From the NCBI RefSeq assembly GCF_006345805.1, contig NC_043021.1:8804001-8868000 (forward strand): a stretch of DNA of 64,000 bases, given 5' to 3'. Shown here one piece after another: positions 53,325 through 64,000 of the stretch. Position 1 is the first letter of the stretch, and each line of letters starts with the position of its first letter. Source of the stretch: Octopus sinensis (taxonomy: Eukaryota). A program made the position numbers and the translations under genes. The notes under the pieces were generated by a model, which searched no databases, had not been told where the DNA came from, and saw only the letters and a list, made by a program, of their open reading frames with translations.

Positions 53325-54290
53325 TTCGTTATTGCTCACAAGGGGCTAAACATAGAGGGGACAAACAAGGAGAGACGAACGGATTAAGTCGATTAGATCA
53401 ACCCCAGTGCGTAACTGGTACTTAATTTATCGACCCCGAAAGGATGAAAGGCAAAGTCGACCTCGGCGGAATTTGAACTCACAACGTAACGACAGACGAA
53501 ATACCTATTTCTTTACTACCCACAGGGGGTTAAACACAGAGAGGACAAACAAGGACAGACAAACGTTAAGTCGATTATATCGACCTAGTGCGTAACTGGT
53601 ACTTATTTAATCGACCCCGAAAGAATGAAAGGCAAAGTCGACCTCGGCGGAATTTGAACTCAGAACCTAGCGGCAGACGAAATACCTATTTCTTTACTAC
53701 CCACAGGGGGTTAAACACAGAGAGGACAAACAAGGACAGACAAACGGATTAAGTCGATTATATCGACCCTAGTGCGTAACTGGTACTTATTTAATCGACC
53801 CCGAAAGAATGAAAGGCAAAGTCGACCTCGGCGGAATTTGAACTCAGAACCTAGCGGCAGACGAAATACCTATTTCTTTACTACCCACAGAGGGTTAAAC
53901 ACAGAGAGGACAAACAAGGACAGACAAAGAGATTAAGTCGATTAGATCGACCCAGTGCGTAACTGGTAATTATTTAAATCGACCCCGAAAGATGAAAGGC
54001 AAAGTCGACCTCGGCGGAATTTGAACTCAGAACGTAGGCGGCAGACGAAATACCTATTTCTTTACTACCCCCACAGGGGGCTAAACACCGCGCAGGACAA
54101 ACAAGGACAGACAAACGATAAAGTCGATTATATATCGACCCTAGTGCGTAACTGGTACTTATTTAATCGACCCCGAAAGGATGAAAGGCAAAGTCGACCT
54201 CGGCGGAATTTGAACTCAGAACGTAACGACAGACGAAATACTGCTAAGCATTTCGCCCGACGCGTTAACGTTTCTGCCAGCTCGCCGCCT
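53325..54290 (-). mobile_element. Five-unit tandem array of SINE B (about 180-bp period)
   Basis: Four identical junctions GACGAAATACCTATTTC; only the sense-first unit (54050-54290) keeps the full head. Confidence 0.92.
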
Positions 54291-54358
54291 TCTGACTGTT
54301 ATTTCTACCAGGTCGATCGACCAAGTAAGACACACGCCGTTGTCGGCTCGTAATCTAT

Positions 54359-54396
<38 letters not shown>

Positions 54397-54550
54397 ATGT
54401 GGTGTAAGTCGCATGTGCTAGAGTCAACTGATTGCTCAATAATGAATATTGAACAACAGATATCTTGTAGAATATCTGTGTGTCTGTTTGTTCAGCATGT
54501 TTGCGAGGTTGTGTTTTAGCATTTGCTGAAAAACAGAGAAAAAATAAGAG

Positions 54551-54607
<57 letters not shown>

Positions 54608-54759
54608 GAGATGGGGAGAGTATGTAAACGGCATTAGCGAATTTCTTGTTCGCGTGTATGTGAGTGTACATGTGTGCGTATGTCTGTGTGTGTGCGTGTG
54701 TTTGTGTGTGTGTGGGTGTATGGTGCTTTGTATATATGTATGTAATGTATGTATGTATG

Positions 54760-54814
<55 letters not shown>

Positions 54815-54847
54815 TATATACATATACATATACATATATATATATAC

Positions 54848-54884
<37 letters not shown>

Positions 54885-55357
54885 GTTGTTGGTGTGTGTG
54901 TGTGTATATACATATATAGGTATGTTGGTGCAACAGTCTGTTGTTTCTGCTAAACATGTGTGTGTGAGTGAGTGTGTGTGTAAGTGTGTGTGTGTGAGTG
55001 TATGATAGTGTGTTTGTGTGTGAGAGTTGTGTAACGTGTGTGAATGTGTGTGTGAGCGTGTGTGTGAATGTGTGAGTGTGCGTGTGTGTGGTGTGTGTGT
55101 GTGTGTGTGTGTTTGTATATGGATATACAGTGGGTGCTGCTTATTATCATCATGACAATGTTATCAACTGGCTATTGTTATCAAAGTTAGTGGTGGCAAA
55201 GCACATTGCTTAATGTTATCACCTATTGTTATTGTTATCAAAAAAGTCTTCATCTTTATTCATCAGAATTAATGGTCTTCACTTCATATAGCATGAATGT
55301 ATGAATGTATGAATAGTGTATGTATGCATGCAGGCATGCGTACGCGTATATAAAGAA

Positions 55358-55403
<46 letters not shown>

Positions 55404-55524
55404 AATATACATACATATATATAAATTTATATATACGAGCATGAATATATTTTTACGTGTATGTATAGCTGTATATATATATATTATATATATATACTGG
55501 AAGGCGATACTTTGTATTGCATTA

Positions 55525-55588
<64 letters not shown>

Positions 55589-55921
55589 TGTATGCATGCA
55601 TGTATATACATGTGAGTTTAGCTGTATATGTGTGTATTATATATATATATATAGACCTGTTTGTGTCTGCCTTCCAATTGCTGTTTTTACTGAGATCTCC
55701 CTTTTTAGTAGAAGAAATAGCTATAACTCTTTGACTGCTATTTCTAAATTCGGTACGTGGTAAGGCAATTCGTTGCTAAACCCTTTATTGCTTAGTATTA
55801 CTTAAATTTTCCTCGAATGAGGCTTTTACATGCCGAAGACTACTTGGTGTAATTGATAATTATTCCAAATTAATTAATTTCACCCTTCATTATTACGGAT
55901 ATATATATATATATATATTAA

Positions 55922-56248
55922 AGGAGCACTTCGTCGGTTAAGATGACGTGAGTCCCAGCTGATGCGATAAACGGAACAACAGCTTGCTCATGAAATTAAT
56001 GTGCAAGTGGCTGAGTACTCCACAGACATGCGTACCCCTAACGTAGTTCTCAGGGAGATTCAGCATGTCACAGAGTGTGACAAGGCTGGCCCTTTGAAAT
56101 ACAGGTACAACTCAGTTTTGCCAGCTGAGTGAACTGGAGCAACGTGAAATAAAGTGCTTGCTCAAGGACACAACGCGTCGCTGGGAATTGAACTCACGAC
56201 CTTACAATCGCGTGTCGAATGCCCTAACCACTAAGCCACGCGCCTTCA
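55922..56248 (-). mobile_element. SINE family D: distinct tRNA head and CORE-like segment, family C 3' half
   Basis: Minus: ...GTTGTGTCCTTGAGCAAGCACTTTATTTCACGTTGCTCCAG... then TTGTACCTGTATTTCAAAGGGCC onward as in family C. Confidence 0.8.
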
Positions 56249-56513
56249 GTATTCGTATATTTTCATTTGTCTTGCCCATTTTTACATTTTGGCGTTTTGC
56301 TGAGATTTTTTCTTGAGAACACATTCTTCGTGGTAATGGCGATTTGACGTCTATGTTTAGCATATTAGGCGTCCACTTTAGTGTTCATTCCTCTTAATTT
56401 TGTATGTAACACAATTTTTAATCTTCGAATGTTTTAAATATGCTAATCCACTGGTTTTAATTGATTAATATCAATTTCTACCCTTATTATTTAATTTTAA
56501 TTATATATATATA

Positions 56514-56570
<57 letters not shown>

Positions 56571-56698
56571 ATATATATATATATCTATATATATATATAA
56601 TAATATATATATATTATATATTATATTATATTATATTATATTATATTATATTATATTATATTATATTTATACACACACATATATGTGTGTGTATTATA

Positions 56699-56739
<41 letters not shown>

Positions 56740-56744
<5 letters not shown>

Positions 56745-57120
56745 GATGCGATGGGTAATTGTCGCCATTTTATATTTTTATTTTTGCCAATGTGCATTGT
56801 TTGTTTTTTTATTTTGTTGACTACCCAGTATAGTAGGGTCATTTGGGCACCGTCTCTGAGAAAAACAAACATTATGACGCAATTTACTCCGCCACAAATT
56901 TGCAAACGATATGTTGTACTGCTGCGCATTCGCGCCGGAAGCTCCAATATAAATATTTCAGAGTGTTTGGGTGTCAATCTGAGTATACTGCAGATGAGTC
57001 TAATGGTAATTACGAAGGTTCGGCAGCTCGGAAAACTCACTCTGATCGTTCAGATAAAAAAAAAAGAAATCCCGAATCTGTTGGTGACATAATCGACAAC
57101 GATCTCTCCAAGTCAATCAG
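56740..57120 (+). pseudogene. Tc1/mariner 5' end and transposase N-terminal remnant
   Basis: TA-CAGGATGCGATGGGTAA end; MTQFTPPQICKRYVVLLRIRAGSSNINISECLGVNL then RKTHSDRSDKKKRNPE...IDNDLSKSIRS (HTH-like); ends at a SINE A fragment. Confidence 0.6.
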
Positions 57121-57232
57121 GTCCGGGTTCAGTCTCACTGCGTGGTACCTTGGGCAGGCGTTTTCTACTATAGCCCGGAGCTGACCAAAGCCTTGTGAGT
57201 GGCTTTGGTAGACGGAAACTGAAATAAGCCAG

Positions 57233-57236
<4 letters not shown>
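57117..57236 (+). mobile_element. 5'-truncated family A body
   Basis: CCGGGTTCAGTCTCACTGCGTGGTACCTTGGGCAGG...GAAATAAGCC. Confidence 0.8.
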
Positions 57237-57274
<38 letters not shown>

Positions 57275-57297
57275 ATGCGTGTGTGCGTGCGTGTGTG

Positions 57298-57342
<45 letters not shown>

Positions 57343-59371
57343 CTCTAGCGCAAAAATGTCGCCAAAACAGGTTGAATGTCCAGTCAATGGTACTAAAACG
57401 TGTCCTTTCGCAACGACATAGATTCCAAGTCACATCGATCCAAGTCGTAGATCTCTCTTTTGGACAAATATCAACATCTAGGAAAGATGGAGACTTGTAT
57501 ACATGGCAAGCAGCTAGTCTTGTTGGAAAAAATATTGCCGAGGCTTGCACATATATGTGAAGATGCAGAGTCAACGTTGATCAACGCATGTCCTACTCAC
57601 AGACTAAACCAGACGTTTTCAACGCTTTGAAACTCCACGGCATATATGTGCGCCATGTATGGTCTGCAAATGTGCCACGAGTTTTCGAGGAAAATCGAAA
57701 AATGCTCAGTATATTAGAAAGCCGGAGTGTTTTAAAGCACCACACCAATGTATGTGCATTTCTTTGCAGTAAGATGCAGTGTGCACGCATCTCTGTTTTA
57801 TAAGAATTTTGATATTCCTTTTTTTTTAAGTTGATAGCTCGCATTATTCAAAGTGTTGTGGAGAGAAAACGGTTGAAAACCCTTGAAAAATGGCGAAGAA
57901 AACTAAATTTTCCATACAAAATCAAGTAAAATTGAAAAGAGAAAAAGAGAATTCTCATTCGGTAATATAAAAAAGAGAGGGAAGAGATCCTGGAAGTCAA
58001 AAAATATATATGTATGTATATATACTGACCATGACAAAAGCAAGATGGATGCAAATACACGCTTTGAAAAATGTAAGCGTTTCTACCCATGAGAATCACG
58101 TATTTGGAAAGAATGTTAAAACTTTCCACCAGAACAGCAATTAAAACAAACAAAGGCAGTGTACGATATAGCAAGAGCAACAGAAATGTAATTATACTGA
58201 GAGAATATATGAGACTGCAATAAAATATAGAATGGATAAAGAAGTATAGATATAAGAAAATACACAATAAACACCATAACTGCAAACGTGACCCAGCATA
58301 ATTGGCGAGGAATTTGCAAGCAAAATCAAAACAGCTAGCGACTGAAAAGCTTCCGGAATAGATAAAGTATTCCATTTCCCTGAATTCTGGTGGCACTTAA
58401 ACTGTATAGATGAAGCTGTTGAAGTCGTGGTGTTCAAAGAATTACCAAAGAGAACAGAATCGAGGCCCAACTTGTTGCTGAAGTGGAAACCAATATTAAT
58501 TTCACAAGTGTGTACAGGACTGATAACCAATATGGATTAACGGATGCACTTCCCCCGTGGTTCGAATAAACAAATTCCTGCGAGAAGTAAATGACCAAAT
58601 ATATTCAAGGTCTCCAAGAAAATCTTTCAACGGAATCAGGCCTGAAGATTAATAGGATGAAAAGCCTAGTTTAATGAGCAACCACGACAGCGTCAAGGGA
58701 AATAACATTATCTCACCGAAACCCACTAAAAAGTGCATACAAATCCCCTGTCATTTGTAATCTCCAGCAAGTTGATAGCTTATCTAGAAAGCGATATCTT
58801 CAGAAAAGGACCGAAGCAATATCGGAAAGAAATTATAAACGTAAAACACAGCTTATCGGTAAACCGAGTAATTAAAAACAAAAGAGAAAGGAATAAAAAA
58901 AAAATGGAAGCATGGAATAGATTGATTACTGAAAATCTTCGACGCCTTATTAGATTCTTTGATAGAGAAGACAAACTCAGTTAAGAGCGCCATGTCAAAA
59001 CAGAAAACATCAATCATACTGCAAGATAAGATAACAAAACTCCAGTCCGATCCTCATAATAAGAGGAATTGTTCAGTAAGACTCTTTACATCTACCAGGG
59101 CCAGATTAAATTTGCGCAAAGCTGGTGACATATGTTATAAAGGAGCTCTAAATTAAATAGCTAGTTATTTTACCGAGCTATCGTTACTTTTATTGATCTA
59201 AGAACTGGTGTTTATAGATCAGCATTCGTGTCAGAGAGGGAGGTATAGATGAGTCGATCGCCGTTGATTGTTAGGTGTATATTCACTGAAGAGTTGAGTT
59301 ACACTTATTTTAATGGATCCAACTGCATATTTGAAGGTCATGGACCAGTGTATATAAAACAGTTATCCAAC

Positions 59372-59594
59372 GGGATGCCAGTCCATCGCAGCGTTACTCA
59401 AGAAGCAGGAAGAAAGAGTGAGAGAAGGTTGTGGCGATAGAGTACAACAGGGGTCGCCACCACCTCCTGCCGGAGCCTCGTGGAGCTTTTAGGTGTTTTC
59501 GCTCAATAAACACACAATGCCCGGTCTGGGAATCGAAACCGCTATCCTCCGACCGCGAGTCCGCTGTCCTAACCACTAGGCCATGTGCCTCCAC
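59372..59594 (-). mobile_element. SINE family E, 3'-truncated
   Basis: Family C-type head then GAGTAACGCTGCGATGGACTGGCATCCCG. Confidence 0.85.
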
Positions 59595-60211
59595 AAAAGT
59601 AGTATAGTATTAATCAAATTAATTGTGGAATGAATGAGGGGTTGCTAAAAATGTAGGACTCATAACATTGACTACTCTTATTAATAGATTTATCAGACAC
59701 TGACCCCAAGACTTCTCTTCTGTCCAACGCTTTCTCTGCCTTGAAATCTGGTGCATCGTTTGTTATGAATTCTATGGACAAGTTATAAGCCATTTTTCGA
59801 TATGGAGAACTTAGAACTATTTACACGAAACTTTTTCTATGAAATTAGTTGAGCTATCAGATTGATTGAAGGGGCTGAAACAAACGTGACAAAACTAATC
59901 TATGACGAGGTAGATTTGATTAGAGCTGAAAATATTAAATTAGAGTTAGACGCTGAAATCAGAAAATGATTAGGTTGGAAAGAAAGTCTCGTTGCATTTC
60001 AAGATGAGGAAGAAACAAATGTTCTTTTGATCTTAACATATCTAATCACGATATTTCCTCCTCGTTATTGATAACATAATCCCATCTATTCTGCAAATTG
60101 TTGACCCCCTCGAACATAAAATTCGTCAAGAATCGAAGTATGGAAGCACTCGATATAATTTATAATCTATCCACAATTAATAAATTGTTTTCCTTCTGAA
60201 TAATGCTGCAA

Positions 60212-60549
60212 TTGGAGTAAAGATTTTTGCCAACATAACATGTCAGTCCTGGTTTAGGACTAATGTTGCTGTAATTTAGCCCCAGGAGACATCGTCACCA
60301 GCTGGCTATACGACACGATCTGTGTCCTTATATTTTCGAACAAGGGAATCTAGCACCCCACCTCAACTCAAAACACAGATATTGTATTGAGCTGGGTGGG
60401 GGTGCTAGATTCTCTTGTTCGAAAATATAAGGACACAGATAGTATCGTATAGCCAGCTGGAGACGATATTTCCTGGGGCTAAATTACAGAAACATTTGTC
60501 CTAGACCAGGACTACCATGTTATGTTGGCAAACATTTTTTTTACTCCAA
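60212..60549. mobile_element. Foldback MITE with about 150-bp TIRs
   Basis: TTGGAGTAAA...GCCAACATAACATG...TAGCACCCC mirrored by GGGGTGCTA...CATGTTATGTTGGC...TTTACTCCAA. Confidence 0.85.
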
Positions 60550-60554
60550 AGTAT

Positions 60555-62419
60555 TGTTGATGAATATCTCTCTCCTGTAGTTTCCAAATCCTTACAAGTT
60601 AACATGGCCAAGTGGAATACACGTCTCCTTCTAAACCATAGTAATGGGATGAGCCAATCTAACAATATCAACATCAAACGAGGCATCTTTCAAGGTGACT
60701 CCCTCTCCCCATTATTCTTTTGCATGGCACTGATCCCACTCTCAAACGAACTGAGTAACACCAGGTATGGGTTCAAAATCATCTGCTTTATATGAAAGAT
60801 CTGGAGCAGTTTGCAAGAAAGGACGAAGAGTTAGTAGGGCTGTTAACAACGGGATGGATTTCGGCAACTTTTGTAAGAGGAAATCTCAAGCAAACAGTTT
60901 CCATTAAATTAGATACCGACACTACCATCAAAGAGCTTGACCCACAGAAAAACTATAAATACCTGGGGATAAACGAAGGAGATGGTATACAACATGTTAC
61001 TATCAGAGAAAAAATATGAAAGGAGTATTAGAGAAGAATACGACTCGTACTAAAAACTAAACTCAACTCCAAAAATCGCATCGAAGCCATTAACACCGTC
61101 GCACTTCCAGTAGTCCAATACAGTTTTAACATCATTGACTGGAATACAAGAAAACTACAAACATGTAAGAACATGCACCACCCAAAAACAGACGTTGATC
61201 GTCTATATCTACCCAGAAGTAATACGGAAGAGGAACGATGCAGGTAGAGCTGTGCTATAAGACCTCCACAATAGGAACTTATCTAGTACAGAGGACTGGA
61301 TGCTGCGGCTTGTGTGCAAACACGAAAGCAGCAAAAAATCACTTTCTATTGTCAAGGAAGCTTGCAAATTCGCAAGGGAACTTTGCATTGACCCTGAATT
61401 AGATGAAGAACCTGAAACCACTGCCACGAAAAAAGCAAAACAGATCAAACAGACTGCAAAAAAGAATGGGGTGAAACAAATTGAGGAGCGGTGGAGTCAA
61501 AAACCTCTGCATGAACAGTATATACTTCGAAGCCGAAATGCCGATGTAGACCAAGCAACAACCCATCAGATGCTGAGAAGCTCTGGACTGAAAGCAGAGA
61601 CTGAAGGTTTCATATTGGCGGTACTAAATCAAAGCTTGCTTACCAAAATCTTCTAGGCTAACGTTCTTCAAAACGGTACTGACCCTAAATGCAGATTATG
61701 CGATAAATTTGATGGATCAATAGACCATCTCGTTTCGAGATGTCCTGTGCTGACACCAAACGAATACAAAAATCGCCACGATAGGGTGGGACAGTATTTT
61801 TACATTGGAAAATATGTAAACACTATAAAATCAGCATTCCTGCTTACTGGTATGAGCATCATCCTGAGCCGGTCTTCGAAGCTAAACATGTCACTATTCT
61901 CTGGGATTTTCCAGTGAGCTCCGACAGAACTATCCAGGCAAATCGACCAGACATAGTCATTAAAGACGGAGAAGAAATTACTTGTAGACTAATAGATGTG
62001 AGTGTTCTCACTGATAAAAAATATATCTGTAAAGGAATTTGACAAATTAAGTAAATATAAGGACCTGGAAATTGAAATACAAAAGATGTGGCATCTTAAA
62101 GCGAGAACTGTTCCTGTTATTGTGGGTGCCTTAGGTATGATAAGAAAGATATGTCAGAAACATCTAGATAATATCCCAGGAGAATCGTGTCTCAGAGAAA
62201 TCAAAAAGATTGTGCTGACAAGTATTGTTCACATCCTTAGAAAATCCCTATCAGTTTAAATGTATGTGTTGTATTACATGAAGGTATTTCGCTACTGCTC
62301 TTGCCACTTCCCCTCTCCAAGCTTTCAGTCATACTGTAACATCTCTTATCATTCACTCGCCCGAGGACGCTGGGTGTGTCTCGGCGAGTGATTGTGACAA
62401 ACATGCATATTAAAAGTAA

Positions 62420-62420
<1 letters not shown>
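60555..62420 (+). mobile_element. 5'-truncated, decayed R4/Dong-clade RLE non-LTR retrotransposon
   Basis: RT GIFQGDSLSPLFFCMALIPLS, HLLYMKD (YMDD mutated), YLGINE; ETEGFILA; CCHC CRLCDKFDGSIDHLVSRC; RHD; RPDIVIKD..IDVSV..KEFDKLSKYKDL; 3' UTR then (TAA)n. Confidence 0.88.
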
Positions 62421-62808
<388 letters not shown>

Positions 62809-64000
62809 GGTCTCATCAAAAATATAGTTTAAAATGTATAAATAAAAAATTAAAATAAACCAATCCAATCTCTGAAATGAAGGTAATAATTTGTAGAAAA
62901 AGAAAGGAAAATCTCACAAAATATAAAGAAAATATAGAATATAAAAATATAAAATGAAAATAGAAATTACTTGCCAGAAATAATTTAAAAGGAATTTATA
63001 TAAAATATGAAAATAAAAAAAGGAATAAAAAAAAAAAGAATTTCGAAATTGAAACGAATGGTTGCCACAGTGGTATAAAGTTGACGTACAATAATACTGA
63101 TTCTCATTTGGCTATAAATAAATATATTCAATACATTATTTAGTCCACGTTAGATGAACTCATATCGAGATTTATCGATTTCCGGAAGTGAGAAATGAGA
63201 AGTGAAAATATCTGAAGGGGATGGGAAGAAGTAATAAGTGTAATGGCGATTTGAGAAAAGCAAAGCAAAGAAATTTGTTTGAATGAGATTATAAATGAAA
63301 TCTAACTCCATAAAATGAAATCTTAACAAATTCTATAAAAGCAGCTTCAATCGCCACCAACCGCTACCACCATCGAGTTTTTATGTATATTTTTATTTTA
63401 AAGCAGTGTAATTTCAGTCAGTCAAGTAATTTAGCTAAAATTTCATTCAACTAGTGTGGATAGCTGTTGTCGTCTGCTTGTTCCAAAGAGATTCAAAATG
63501 GCGACCAATCTACAAATGTCAAACTGGCGAAAGTTTTGCGCAAGCGAAAAATGAAAAGTGAACTGTATACTACGGGAAAATGAAGCGGAATAGAATATGA
63601 AACGCTATGTTCCAGTTGAAAGGAATGCTTTCAAAACTGTTTTCAAATCTGTATATTTTATATGCACACACATACGCGGGCACGCTTAAACATATACGTG
63701 TATTGGGACGCGCATACAGATATATATATACACAAACACCCAGTCGCATTTAAATTCACATACACACTTGCACAACTACAGGCATAAACACACATATACA
63801 CACGTATGTGTACATATATATATATTGCCAAGGTTGCAAAAGCAACGAAAATTTTGGAAGAAAAATATAAATAATAAATAATAAATAAGTGGAAACTGAA
63901 CCGGTGAACGTGTCACATATTAGTCCATTATGACAGTAATACAAAATCCATCTTGTTTCTTTAATTGATTATTATATATATCTATATATGTGTGTGTGTG

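Noticed and set aside
53325-54290. CRISPR-like or regularly spaced array
   Set aside because: Whole units are repeated with no unique spacers; eukaryotic SINE sequence
57848-58396. 182-aa hydrophobic ORF as a GPCR, acyltransferase or transporter
   Set aside because: No diagnostic motif; an AT-rich, T-biased strand yields hydrophobic translations by chance; kept only within the low-confidence island finding

Overview
Repeat-dominated, AT-rich eukaryotic DNA. The SINE, microsatellite and transposon spectrum suggests an octopus/cephalopod scaffold (inference). There is a 100-N gap at 51115-51214. I find no intact host gene; nearly all listed ORFs are translations of microsatellites. The window contains: (i) many tRNA-headed SINEs in modular families, labelled here A-E plus G; (ii) decayed autonomous-element remnants: an R4/Dong-like RLE LINE ending in (TAA)n, a HERO-like RLE fragment, a Penelope GIY-YIG fragment, hAT and Tc1/mariner transposase fragments; (iii) mariner deletion derivatives, MITEs and non-autonomous Helitrons; (iv) large simple and higher-order satellites. 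The most notable observations are a network of minimal hammerhead-ribozyme motifs in non-coding repeats, including a head-to-head tRNA-head/(AAT)n/hammerhead foldback at 44.1-44.6 kb, a SINE that repeatedly joins to one internal site of itself or its relatives, and elements lodged in specific microsatellites.
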